64,000 bases of DNA from an uncultured Gemmatimonadales bacterium (GTDB lineage Bacteria; Gemmatimonadota; Gemmatimonadetes; Longimicrobiales; RSA9): NCBI GenBank assembly GCA_963708135.1, contig OY970192.1, positions 960,001 through 1,024,000 of the forward strand, written 5' to 3'. The notes under the pieces were generated by a model, which saw nothing but the letters and a program-made list of their open reading frames with translations, had not been told where the DNA came from and did no database searches. This document shows, one piece after another, positions 40,198 through 49,729 of this stretch; position 1 is the first letter of the stretch, and each line of letters begins with the position of its first letter. The translations under genes were made by a program, and so were the position numbers.

Positions 40198-41442
40198 ATG
40201 ACCTGGCGCCACTGGCCTGCGGTCCTGACGCTGCTCGCGATCCTGGTGTTCGGCTCCTACCTTCTCTACACCGAGCGGTTGGTGCGGGAGATCCGGGCGG
40301 AGTCGCAGATCCAGACGCAGATGTACGGCCTGGTGCAGCAGGGCCTCCTCTCGCTGGACGATGACGCCGAGCTCAAGGCGCTCATGCGCCTGCAGACGGA
40401 GTTCACCGCGCTGCGCGTGCCGATCGTCGCCGTGAACGTCCGCGGCGACCCGTACGCCGCGGTCAACCTGCCGTTCGCGGCGGACATGCATACGGCGGCG
40501 GGGAGGCGCCGGCTGCTCGAGTTCGCTGCCCGTCTGCAGCAGCAGAATCCACCCATCACCGTGCCGGGCGCCGGCACCGTGTACTTCGGCTCGCCGCCGC
40601 TCGTGGCCTGGCTCCGATGGGTGCCCTGGCTGCAGGCGGGCGGGGGGCTGCTGCTGCTGCTCGTGGCGGCGGCGGTGCTGCGCGCCAACGCCCGCGCGGA
40701 CCGGGAGCGGATGTGGGCGGCCATGGCGCGCGAGCTGGCGCATCAAATGGGCACGCCGCTCTCCTCCCTCGCCGGTTGGATAGAGGTGCTGGGCCTGCCC
40801 GATGAGGAGCGCCGCTCGTTCGCTTCGCCGGAGCGGCTGGCGGAGGTGATCGGCGCGGACGTGGAGCGACTGGAGCGGGTCTCGCGCCGCTTCGAGCTGA
40901 TCGGAAAGCCGCCGCGGCTCGAGGAGACATCGCTTCCAGCCGTGCTGCGGGAGCTGGAGAGCTATCTGCGGCCGCGGCTCCCCCAGCTGGGCGCGGGCGT
41001 GGACCTGCGGCTGCGGATCCGGCCCGGGATGCCGCACATCCAGGCGAACGCCGTTCTCCTCGCCTGGGCGCTGGAGAACCTGGTGAAAAACGCGCTGGAC
41101 GCGCTCGCCGGTCGCGGCGGCTCCATCCGCATCGCGGCCACCACCACGAGGGATGGGCGCTTTGTCCGGATCATGGTGGTCGATGACGGTCCCGGCATTC
41201 CCGCGGCCGTTCGCGAGCGGATCTTCGAGCCGGGAGTGAGCACGAAATCGAGCGGCTGGGGCGTGGGTCTGTCCCTGACCCGCCGCATCATCGAGGACCT
41301 GCACCACGGGCGGATCGTCGTCCGCCCCCGTCGTCGAGGCGGGACGGTGTTCGACATTCTGCTGCCCGCGGTGGAGGAGCGAAGGAGGAAGCGCTGGTTG
41401 CCGAACCGAGCAGGGAGGAGAGCGGCCCCCTCGCGGGCCTGA
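40198..41442 (+). CDS. Sensor histidine kinase
   Basis: Two TM helices, ARELAHQMGTPLSSL, ENLVKNALDA, DDGPGI, GWGVGL. Confidence 0.93.
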   Translation: MTWRHWPAVLTLLAILVFGSYLLYTERLVREIRAESQIQTQMYGLVQQGLLSLDDDAELKALMRLQTEFTALRVPIVAVNVRGDPYAAVNLPFAADMHTAAGRRRLLEFAARLQQQNPPITVPGAGTVYFGSPPLVAWLRWVPWLQAGGGLLLLLVAAAVLRANARADRERMWAAMARELAHQMGTPLSSLAGWIEVLGLPDEERRSFASPERLAEVIGADVERLERVSRRFELIGKPPRLEETSLPAVLRELESYLRPRLPQLGAGVDLRLRIRPGMPHIQANAVLLAWALENLVKNALDALAGRGGSIRIAATTTRDGRFVRIMVVDDGPGIPAAVRERIFEPGVSTKSSGWGVGLSLTRRIIEDLHHGRIVVRPRRRGGTVFDILLPAVEERRRKRWLPNRAGRRAAPSRA

Positions 41443-43706
41443 ATCCCGAGCAGCGCGCGGCGGTGGAGCACTTCGAGGGGCCGTTGCTGGTCCTCGCGGG
41501 CGCGGGCTCGGGAAAGACGCGCGTGCTCACCACGCGCATCGTGCACCTGATCGAGGAGCAGGGCGTCGACCCGGCGGCCATCCTTGCCGTCACGTTCACG
41601 AACAAGGCGGCGGGCGAGATGCGGGCGCGCATCCGGCGGATGCTGGGGCACGAGCCGAGCGGGCTGTGGATGGGCACGTTCCATTCTGTTGGCGCGCGGC
41701 TCCTGCGCCGGCATGCGCCGCGTCTCGGCTGGTCGGCCAGCTTCAGCATCTACGACGCCGACCAGGCGCTGCGCGAGACGAAGCGGGCCATGGAGCGGCT
41801 CAACCTGCCGCTCAAGCGCTGGCATCCCAAGGCGGTCCACGCCGCCATCTCGTCCGCCAAGAACGCTCTGGTCGATCCGGATGCCTACGCGGCCACGGCG
41901 GCCGACGCCTTCACGCGCGCCGTGGCGCAGGTCTATCCGGCGTACCAGGCGGCGCTGAAGGAGCAGAACGCGTTCGACTTCGACGACCTCCTGGTCCAGC
42001 CCGTGGATCTCTTCGAGCGGCACCCCGATGTGCGCGCCGCCTATCAGCGGCGGTTCGAGTTCGTGCTCGTGGACGAGTACCAGGACACAAACCGAGCGCA
42101 GTACCGCCTGCTGCAACTGCTCGCCGAGAGCCACGAGAACCTGATGGTGGTCGGCGACGACGACCAGTCGATTTACGGCTGGAGGGGCGCCGACATCCGC
42201 AACATCCTGGACTTCGAGAAGGATTTCCCCGACGCCGTGGTGGTCCGGCTCGAGCGCAACTACCGCTCGACCTCCACCATCCTGGACGCCGCGAACCGCG
42301 TCATCTCCGAGAACCTCCGGCGCAAGGGGAAGACCCTACGGACGGATGCCGGTGCGGGTGAGCGGATCACCCGCCTCGAGGCGCTGGACGAGCACGACGA
42401 GGCGGCCTGGATCGCCACGGAGATCGAAACCCGGATGGCGGAGTCGGCCGACCGTACGCCACGGGATTTCGTCGTCCTCTACCGGACCAACGCGCAGTCG
42501 CGGGCGCTGGAGGAGGCGCTGCGCCGGCGTGACGTCCCGTACCAGATCGTCGGCGGTACGCGCTTCTACGAGCGGCGCGAGATCATGGACCTGCTGGCCT
42601 ATCTGCGCCTCGTGTCCAACCCGCGCGACGCCGGGGCGTTCGACCGGATCGTGAACTACCCGAGGCGCGGCATAGGCGACACGAGCAGGGCCCGCCTCCT
42701 GACGTGGGCGGCGGAGGCCGGGCTCTCGCCGCTTGAGGCCGCTGTCCGCGCCGGCGATGTCGATGGCCTCACCACCGCCGCCGCGCGCGCGCTCGCCGGC
42801 TTTGGCGAGATGATCCAGCGCTTCCGCGCGCTCGCGCTGCATGTGGGCGCGGGCGAGCTGATCGAGCGGCTGGTCGAGGAGACCGGGGTGCTCACCGCGC
42901 TGCGCGAGGAGGGGCCGGAGGGCGAGGACCGGATCGAGAACGTACGCGAGCTGGTGGCCGGCGCGCACGAGTTCGACGCCGGGGCGGATGCCTTCGCCGA
43001 GGCCGAGCCGGAGGACCTGGCGGCCGATGCCACCCCGCTCGACCTCTTCCTCCAGAAGGTCTCGCTGCTCACGGACGTGGACCGCCACGACCCGGATGCC
43101 CAGGCGGTGACCCTCATGACCCTGCACAACGCGAAGGGACTCGAGTTCCCGTACGTCTTCATCGGCGGGCTCGAGGACGGCCTCTTCCCGCTCGCCCGCG
43201 CCTACGACGAGCCGGATGCCCTCGAGGAGGAGCGGCGCCTGTTCTACGTCGGGCTCACGCGCGCCCGGCGGAAGGTCTACCTGAGCTATGCGCGCACCCG
43301 CCGGCGCGCCGGTGAGGTCATGCAGGGGATCCCGTCGAGCTTCCTCGCGCCGATCCCGCCGGAGCTCGTCGAGGAGCGGCTGACACCGGGGCTGGCGAGC
43401 ACGCGTTTCCGGCACGAGCAGCGCTGGCGTGGGGCGGGTGCGGATCGCTTCGGCGGCGGCCTTTCCGGTGGACGGCGCGCGCGTGGCGACCGGGTCGCGG
43501 ACGAGGGCCTCGTCATCGACTACACCGATGCGCAGGAGGCGCCCCGCTTCATCAAGGGGGAGCGGGTGCGACACCCGACCTTCGGTCGCGGGGTCATCCG
43601 CGAGCTGAGCGGCCTCGGCCGCGACACCAAGGCGGTGATCGAGTTCGACGGCGTGGGCCGCAAGAAGGTGGTGCTCCGCTACGCCAACCTGCAGAAGGAG
43701 CTGTGA
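41394..43706 (+). CDS. pcrA: ATP-dependent DNA helicase PcrA/UvrD (probable CTG start)
   Basis: LNPEQ, AGAGSGKT, VDEYQDTN, VGDDDQSIY, NAKGLEF, EEERRLFYVG; start discussed in findings. Confidence 0.93.
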   Translation: MVAEPSREESGPLAGLNPEQRAAVEHFEGPLLVLAGAGSGKTRVLTTRIVHLIEEQGVDPAAILAVTFTNKAAGEMRARIRRMLGHEPSGLWMGTFHSVGARLLRRHAPRLGWSASFSIYDADQALRETKRAMERLNLPLKRWHPKAVHAAISSAKNALVDPDAYAATAADAFTRAVAQVYPAYQAALKEQNAFDFDDLLVQPVDLFERHPDVRAAYQRRFEFVLVDEYQDTNRAQYRLLQLLAESHENLMVVGDDDQSIYGWRGADIRNILDFEKDFPDAVVVRLERNYRSTSTILDAANRVISENLRRKGKTLRTDAGAGERITRLEALDEHDEAAWIATEIETRMAESADRTPRDFVVLYRTNAQSRALEEALRRRDVPYQIVGGTRFYERREIMDLLAYLRLVSNPRDAGAFDRIVNYPRRGIGDTSRARLLTWAAEAGLSPLEAAVRAGDVDGLTTAAARALAGFGEMIQRFRALALHVGAGELIERLVEETGVLTALREEGPEGEDRIENVRELVAGAHEFDAGADAFAEAEPEDLAADATPLDLFLQKVSLLTDVDRHDPDAQAVTLMTLHNAKGLEFPYVFIGGLEDGLFPLARAYDEPDALEEERRLFYVGLTRARRKVYLSYARTRRRAGEVMQGIPSSFLAPIPPELVEERLTPGLASTRFRHEQRWRGAGADRFGGGLSGGRRARGDRVADEGLVIDYTDAQEAPRFIKGERVRHPTFGRGVIRELSGLGRDTKAVIEFDGVGRKKVVLRYANLQKEL

Positions 43707-43805
43707 TCTGCGACCGGGGCGGCGGAGGGCGGACCGTTCCGCGCCCCCGCTTACCCCGAATCCTGGTTCCTGATTCCCCGGGCGGCCCGGGGGGAGGGGA
43801 TGGAC

Positions 43806-44180
43806 ATGGCCGTCTCGCGCGAGGACGTGCTGCACGTGGCCCGCCTGGCCCGGCTGCGGCTCGAGACCGGGGAGGTGGAGCGCTTCACGGTTCAGCTGAA
43901 CGCGATCCTCTCGCACGTCGAGGAGCTCGCCGCGGTGGATGGCGCGGGGGCGGAAGAGATCGCCTGCGCGGCCGAGGGGGGCGCTCCGTTACGCGACGAC
44001 GCCGCGCCCGCGGACCCGCTGGCGAGGCCGCCGGCTGCCCTCGCGCCGGAATGGATGGACGGCTTCTACACCGTGCCGCGCCTGGCCGCCCTCGACGTCT
44101 CCGGCCCGGAGGAGCCCGCCGGCGGGGCGCCGCCGGACGCGGGGTCGGGCCCGGCCGCTCCGAGCGGGAGCGAGGCATGA
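43806..44180 (+). CDS. gatC: Asp/Glu-tRNA amidotransferase subunit C
   Basis: VSREDVLHVARLARL, LRDD, FYTVPR. Confidence 0.92.
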   Translation: MAVSREDVLHVARLARLRLETGEVERFTVQLNAILSHVEELAAVDGAGAEEIACAAEGGAPLRDDAAPADPLARPPAALAPEWMDGFYTVPRLAALDVSGPEEPAGGAPPDAGSGPAAPSGSEA

Positions 44181-45637
44181 CCGAGGGCCTGCACATGCGG
44201 CCGCTGGCCGAGCTCGCGCACGAGGTCCAGGAGGGGCGGGCGCGCGCCCTCGACCACGTCCGCGCGGCGGCCACGGCCATCGCGCGGTCGGAGAACGGGC
44301 CGGACGCCCTGAACGCCTTCATCAGCTTCGGGTTCGAGGCGGCCGAGGCCGCGGCGGAGGCCGCCGACCGCGCGCTCACCCGTGGCGCCGAGGCGGCGCC
44401 GCTCGCGGGCGTGCCGCTGGCCGTGAAGGACAACATCTGCACGCTGGACTTCCCCACCACGTGCGGCTCCCGGATCCTTTCCGAGTACCGGTCGCCGTAC
44501 GAGGCCACGGCGATTCGCCGTCTCAGGGCCGCGGGCGCGGTCGTCGTCGGGAAGACGAACATGGACGAGTTCGCCATGGGCTCCTCGACGGAGAACTCCG
44601 CGTTCGGCCCGACCCGCAATCCGCACGACCGGACGCGGGTTCCGGGCGGCTCGTCGGGGGGCTCCGCGGCCGCCGTCGCGGCCGGGCTCGTGCCGGCGGC
44701 GCTCGGCTCCGAGACCGGTGGCAGCGTGCGGCAGCCGGCCGCGTTCTGCGGCGTTGTCGGGATCAAGCCGAGCTACGGGCGGGTGAGCCGCTACGGGCTG
44801 GTGGCGTTCGCGTCCTCGCTGGACCAGATCGGAACGTTCGGGCGGAGCGTCGCGGATGCCGCGCTCCTGCTCGAGGTGATCGGCGGCCCGGATCCCCTCG
44901 ATTCGACCAGCGGGGCCCACCCCGTGCCGCCGCTCGTGCCGGAGCTCGAGCGCGGAGTCGAGGGCCTCGTCGTCGGTGTGCCGCGAGAGTACTTCCCCGA
45001 CGCGCTCGACCCCGGGATGGCACGCCTGTGCAGGGCGGCGCTCGCGAAGCTCGAGGCGGCCGGCGCCGATCTGCGCGACGTCTCGCTGCCGCACACCGCG
45101 CACGCGATCCCGACCTATTACGTGATCGCGCCCGCCGAGGCGTCGAGCAACCTGGCCCGCTACGACGGCGTGCGGTACGGGCTCCGGGCGCGGGGGGCGC
45201 GGTCCACCCTCGGCGTCTACGAGGACACGCGCTCCGCCGGGTTCGGCGCCGAGGTGAAGCGCCGGATCATGCTCGGCACCTACGCGCTTTCCGCCGGCTA
45301 CCACGAGCAGTATTACGGCAGCGCGCTGCGTGTGCGGGCGCGCATCGTCGAGGACTTCCGCGCGGTCTTCGCTTCGGGCGTGGACGTGCTCTTCACGCCG
45401 ACGACGCCATCGACCGCCTTCGGGATCGGCGAGAAGGTGGAGGACCCCTACGAGATGTACCTCTCCGACATCTTCACGGTGACCGCGAACCTGGCCGGGA
45501 TCCCCGGGATCTCGGTGCCTATCGGGGAGCTGGAGGGGCTCCCCGTAGGGGGGCAGATCCTGGCCGACCGCTGGCAGGAGGCGACGATGGTGCGCGCCGC
45601 CGCCGCCCTGGAGCGCGCGCTCGCGGGGGCCGCGTGA
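44177..45637 (+). CDS. gatA: Asp/Glu-tRNA amidotransferase subunit A
   Basis: GKTNMDEFAMGSSTE, GGSSGGS, ETGGSVRQPA, SSNLARYDG. Confidence 0.97.
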   Translation: MTEGLHMRPLAELAHEVQEGRARALDHVRAAATAIARSENGPDALNAFISFGFEAAEAAAEAADRALTRGAEAAPLAGVPLAVKDNICTLDFPTTCGSRILSEYRSPYEATAIRRLRAAGAVVVGKTNMDEFAMGSSTENSAFGPTRNPHDRTRVPGGSSGGSAAAVAAGLVPAALGSETGGSVRQPAAFCGVVGIKPSYGRVSRYGLVAFASSLDQIGTFGRSVADAALLLEVIGGPDPLDSTSGAHPVPPLVPELERGVEGLVVGVPREYFPDALDPGMARLCRAALAKLEAAGADLRDVSLPHTAHAIPTYYVIAPAEASSNLARYDGVRYGLRARGARSTLGVYEDTRSAGFGAEVKRRIMLGTYALSAGYHEQYYGSALRVRARIVEDFRAVFASGVDVLFTPTTPSTAFGIGEKVEDPYEMYLSDIFTVTANLAGIPGISVPIGELEGLPVGGQILADRWQEATMVRAAAALERALAGAA

Positions 45638-47085
45638 GCACCGGCGGCTGGGAGCCCGTGATCGGGCTCGAGATCCACGTGCAGCTCCGCACCCGCTCGA
45701 AGATGTTCTGCGGCAACTCCGCGCAGTTCGGGGCGGAGCCGAACAGCCACGTATGCCCCGTCTGCCTGGGGCTTCCCGGGGCGCTGCCGGTGATCAACGG
45801 ACACGCGGTGGAGCTGGCGGTGCGGGCCGCGCTCGGGCTCGAGTGCACGGTGCACGGCACCAGCATTTTCGCGCGCAAGAACTACTTCTATCCGGACCTG
45901 CCGAAGGGGTACCAGATCACACAGTTCGAGCGTCCACTCGCCACGGGCGGCGGGCTGGACGTGCCGCTCGCCACGGGGCAGGGCACGGAGATGCGCCGGG
46001 TGCGCATCCGTCGCATTCACCTGGAGGAGGACGCCGGCAAGTCACTGCACGACCGCTTCGCCGGCAGGACCGCCGTCGACCTGAACCGTGCCGGCGTGCC
46101 GCTCGTCGAGGTGGTGACGGAGCCGGACCTGGCCACTCCCGCCCATGCGCGCGTCTTCCTGGGCCGGCTCAAGCAGCTCATCGAGTACCTCGAGGTCAGC
46201 GACTGCGACATGGAGAAGGGCAGCCTGCGCGTGGACGCGAACGTCTCCGTCCGGCCCGCCGGCTCGAGCGCGCTCGGCACGAAGACGGAGGTGAAGAACA
46301 TGAACTCGTTTGCCAACGTCGAGCGCGCGCTGGAGTTCGAGATCGGACGTCAGCGCACCGTGCTCGCCGGGGGCGGCTCCGTCACGCACGAGACCCTGTT
46401 GTGGGATGATGCCCGCGCCGAGGCGCGTCCGATGCGCTCCAAGGAGGAGAGTCACGACTACCGCTACTTCCCCGAGCCGGACTTGCCCCCGCTGGTGCTC
46501 GAGCCGGCGCAGGTCGAGGCCGTGGCGCGGTCGCTTCCCGAGCTTCCCGCCGCCCGGGAGCGTCGCTTCAGGGAGGCCTACGGCCTGCCGGCCTACGACG
46601 CGGAGGTGCTCACGGGCAGCCGCGCGCTCGCCGACTACTTCGAGGCCGTCGCGGCAGGGACCCGGGATGCGAAGGCCGCGAGCAACTGGGTCATGACCGA
46701 GGTCCTCGCCGCGGCGAAGCAGCGCCAGTGCGGGCCCGCGGAGCTCCCCCTGTTGCCACAGGACCTGGGGCGGCTCATCGAGCTGGTGGCGGACGGCACG
46801 CTTTCGAACACGCTCGCCCGGCAGGTGTTTGGACGCGCGCTCGCGACGGGACGTGCGCCGGCGGAGATCGTCGTGGCGGACGGCCTCGCCCAGGAACGCG
46901 ACAGCGCGCAGATCGAGGCCTGGGCCGACGAGGTCGTCGCGGCCCACCCGGCGGAGGTGAAGCGCTACCGGTCCGGTGAGGAGAAGCTGCTCGCCTTCTT
47001 CATGGGGAAGCTGATGAAGAGATCGCGGGGGAGGGCCGACCCGGTCCAGGCCAGCGAGCTCCTGCGCCGGCGCCTGGGCGCCTGA
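45634..47085 (+). CDS. gatB: Asp/Glu-tRNA amidotransferase subunit B
   Basis: IGLEIHVQL, RKNYFYPDLPKGYQITQ, HLEEDAGK, DYRYFPEPDL; GTGA-coupled start. Confidence 0.97.
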   Translation: MSTGGWEPVIGLEIHVQLRTRSKMFCGNSAQFGAEPNSHVCPVCLGLPGALPVINGHAVELAVRAALGLECTVHGTSIFARKNYFYPDLPKGYQITQFERPLATGGGLDVPLATGQGTEMRRVRIRRIHLEEDAGKSLHDRFAGRTAVDLNRAGVPLVEVVTEPDLATPAHARVFLGRLKQLIEYLEVSDCDMEKGSLRVDANVSVRPAGSSALGTKTEVKNMNSFANVERALEFEIGRQRTVLAGGGSVTHETLLWDDARAEARPMRSKEESHDYRYFPEPDLPPLVLEPAQVEAVARSLPELPAARERRFREAYGLPAYDAEVLTGSRALADYFEAVAAGTRDAKAASNWVMTEVLAAAKQRQCGPAELPLLPQDLGRLIELVADGTLSNTLARQVFGRALATGRAPAEIVVADGLAQERDSAQIEAWADEVVAAHPAEVKRYRSGEEKLLAFFMGKLMKRSRGRADPVQASELLRRRLGA

Positions 47086-47115
47086 GCGGGTGCGCTTCTT
47101 GCCCGCCTGAGCCGC

Positions 47116-47409
47116 ATGCTCCTGACCATCATCGAGTTCGCCTTCGTCACTCTCGGAGTGAAGTTCCTGCTCGGGCTGGGCGTGATCTACGCGCTCTTCC
47201 CCGCCGACCCGAGCTGCCCCGCGTGCGATGCGGAAACGCTGCCGCTCGTGGCGAGGCGTGGACTGCGCCGGCTGTACCGCGCCTGCCGACTCCGGCGTCG
47301 CTGGTGCCCCCGCTGTGGTCTCGTCACGCTGACCCGCGCCGCGGAGGACGCGCGCCGCCTCCGGGGTCAGCCGGTGCGGCCGTCCAGCAGCGTGCGCTCG
47401 TCCCAGTAG
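47116..47409 (+). CDS. Small membrane-anchored protein with two CxxC pairs
   Basis: TM helix followed by CPAC and CPRC. Confidence 0.6.
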   Translation: MLLTIIEFAFVTLGVKFLLGLGVIYALFPADPSCPACDAETLPLVARRGLRRLYRACRLRRRWCPRCGLVTLTRAAEDARRLRGQPVRPSSSVRSSQ

Positions 47410-48284
47410 CGCCGCGCCGGAGCCGGGAGCGGGAAGAAGTCGTTGGCGATTTCCTCCAGCAGGATGGGGTCGCGCCACGCTCCCTCCCGCAGCGCCAGGC
47501 GCCGGACCTTCTTGGCGAGCTGCAGGTTGAAGTCGCCCACGGGATCGAGTCCCGCGGGCAGCGAGTCCCGGCGCCGGTTCAGGTAGTCCAGAACGAAGTC
47601 GAAGGAGAGGGACACGTAGGCGGCGACGGTATCGTCGCTCAGATCCCAGCGCGAGTTCTGGACCACCCGGTCGAAGACCGCTTGCCAGCGCTCGTTGTCC
47701 TGGAAGCGGATCATTCCGCGGAACAGTCGGCGGTTGGTCTCGAAGGAGAAGATCGTCCCGCTGAGCACGCGATCGAACAGCATGTCGGCTTCCCCGTGGT
47801 CGTAGTCCATCACGATCTCGCGGGCCAGCCCGCTGAAGCGCTCGCCCAGGTGCATGTCCATCCGGTGCTCCCAGTACGAGTGGCCGAGCGCCTTCGTCGA
47901 GCTCGTCACCAGGAGTTGCCGCGGCACGAAGAAGTTGTGGGCGATGGTGTCCGCCGCCAGGTGGGTGAGGTAGCCGAGCGCCACCGCGTGCAGCCGGTCG
48001 TTGTCCGCCTCGTCGAGCAGCTCCTCCCCGACGTGCCAGAAATGGCAGTGCCGCCCCGCGGGGACGTACTTCTTGGCGAAGGAGATGTCCGCCGCGACGG
48101 AGCCGTACAGGAAGCTCTGCGGGTGCACCCGCAGCAGCACGGCGAGCGCATCGGGGATGAGGTGCAGCGCGTCGAGCAGGCTCTGCCCGAGGAAGATGTG
48201 CGTAGCCGGGCCGAACGCCCAGGCGGCGTCCGGCAGGACGAGCAGGAGAACGAGCGCGCCGACGGCTACCAGCAGTGTGCGCAC
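47367..48284 (-). CDS. Zinc-dependent phospholipase C family protein
   Basis: AFGPATH, YGSVAAD, HCHFWH, GYLTHLAAD..AH, GHSYWE. Confidence 0.82.
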   Translation of the reverse strand: MRTLLVAVGALVLLLVLPDAAWAFGPATHIFLGQSLLDALHLIPDALAVLLRVHPQSFLYGSVAADISFAKKYVPAGRHCHFWHVGEELLDEADNDRLHAVALGYLTHLAADTIAHNFFVPRQLLVTSSTKALGHSYWEHRMDMHLGERFSGLAREIVMDYDHGEADMLFDRVLSGTIFSFETNRRLFRGMIRFQDNERWQAVFDRVVQNSRWDLSDDTVAAYVSLSFDFVLDYLNRRRDSLPAGLDPVGDFNLQLAKKVRRLALREGAWRDPILLEEIANDFFPLPAPARRYWDERTLLDGRTG

Positions 48285-48306
48285 GGCCGCGGTCCCCCGC
48301 CCGCCT

Positions 48307-48681
48307 TCAGCTCCGAACCCGGCGCGATGCCTTCCTGAGCGCCTTCTGCGCGTTCGAGACCTGCGCCTCGATGGCGCTCGCCAGCTCGTCGCGGGCGGAC
48401 GAGAGGATCTCGCCGACCTCCTCGCGGAAGTCGTCCAGCGTGTCGCGGCCGGCGTCCGCCAGCTCGCCGCCGCGCTCCACCACCGCGTCCGCGCTCCCCC
48501 GCACGCCCTTCCACGCGCGCCGGGCCCGCTTGCCCGCCTTCTTGCGCAGCGGCTTCAGCTCCTTCACCAGCTTCTCCGCACGCCCCCCGGACTGCGGGCT
48601 CAGGAGCAGCGTCGCGCCGACGCCGAGAATGGCGCCGATCGCGAAGGCGGTCACGAACTCGAACGTGTCCCGATCATCCAT
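48307..48681 (-). CDS. YtxH-like protein
   Basis: FAIGAILGVGATLLLSPQSG followed by a charged helix. Confidence 0.75.
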   Translation of the reverse strand: MDDRDTFEFVTAFAIGAILGVGATLLLSPQSGGRAEKLVKELKPLRKKAGKRARRAWKGVRGSADAVVERGGELADAGRDTLDDFREEVGEILSSARDELASAIEAQVSNAQKALRKASRRVRS

Positions 48682-48719
48682 CTCGACCTCCGTTCCAGTG
48701 CACGGTGCGGCGCACCGCC

Positions 48720-49211
48720 TTAGCGGCGATGCTTTTTCAGCGCCCTGGCGGACGCGTGCACACCGCGGGCCGCGGCGGTCGCATCGAGCAGCAGGTCTTC
48801 CGTTTCCTCCTGCACGATGTCGAGAACGGCGCCCAGGCGGCGGATCCGTCCGTCGGCGGCATCGGCCACCGTGCGCAGGTCCCGCTCGAGCCGCTCCAGC
48901 GTGTCGAGCAGCGACTCCGCGCGCTTGCGTACCTGCCGGCTTACGTCCGTCGCATCATCGGCGATCCGCGAGGCGGCGCCCAGGATCGGCTCCACCCGTG
49001 GCGAGAGGCGCTCCGCCTGCCGCTCGAGACGCTCCATCGTCCGCCGTAGCGCGCGGAGCGCCAGCACGCCCGCCACGCCGAGCCCGATCACGACCAGCGC
49101 CACCAGGCTCGTCGCCACGGCCATGATGATCTGCGCCCACGCAATCCGATCCACCATCGCCGCCAGGTCGGAGGGCGCCTGCAGGAGCGCCAGCGTTGCG
49201 AAATCGGTCAC
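48720..49211 (-). CDS. Single-TM coiled-coil protein (DUF948-like)
   Basis: TM helix plus long amphipathic helix, next to a YtxH-like gene. Confidence 0.65.
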   Translation of the reverse strand: MTDFATLALLQAPSDLAAMVDRIAWAQIIMAVATSLVALVVIGLGVAGVLALRALRRTMERLERQAERLSPRVEPILGAASRIADDATDVSRQVRKRAESLLDTLERLERDLRTVADAADGRIRRLGAVLDIVQEETEDLLLDATAAARGVHASARALKKHRR

Positions 49212-49238
49212 GGTGCTCTCCTGTGGGTGCGTCCGCGC

Positions 49239-49729
49239 TCACCCGAAGAGGTCGATCCCCGCGGTGCGCGCCCCGAGCTTCGGCACCAGCCCCACGCGCC
49301 GGCGCGCGAAGCGCGCCCGCTCCACCGCATCCCGGAGCATTCCACCCGCGGGCTCCGACACCCGCTCGAGCACGGAGGAAAGGTCTCGCCTCTCGTCGAA
49401 ATGCGCAATCAGCACGGCGTCCAGCCCCTCGATCCCGCCGACGGCCTCGGCCAGCACGCGCACGGGCGCCGGCGCGGACCACCCGCCCGTCAGGGCGGCC
49501 ACCTGGCTCGCCCACAGGTCGCCCAGCGACGTTCCTCTTCGGACGCGCCGCCACTCGCGCGCTGCACGCGCTCCGGTCCGAGCACCGCCTCGCACCAGCC
49601 GGCCACGAGCGACGCCTCCGGCCCGCCGTCGTCCAGCAGGATGAGGCCGGCGGCGCCCGCATCGTCGAGCGCCTGGCGCAGCACGCCGCCGACGATCGCG
49701 GCGATCCGCCCCGCGCGGGGGTCGCTCAC
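49239..49729 (-). pseudogene. Degenerate NadE-like gene, frameshifted near 49527
   Basis: N-half (LLDDGGPEASL) and C-half (LGDLWASQV...PKLGARTAGIDLF) are in different frames. Confidence 0.6.

Noticed and set aside
41394..41442. Kinase-helicase fusion by frameshift
   Set aside because: No slippery site, and both proteins are complete on their own.
43939..47085. 1048-aa ORF suggesting a giant GatB fusion
   Set aside because: The first 565 codons are an alternate frame over gatC/gatA; GatB similarity begins at GTG 45634.
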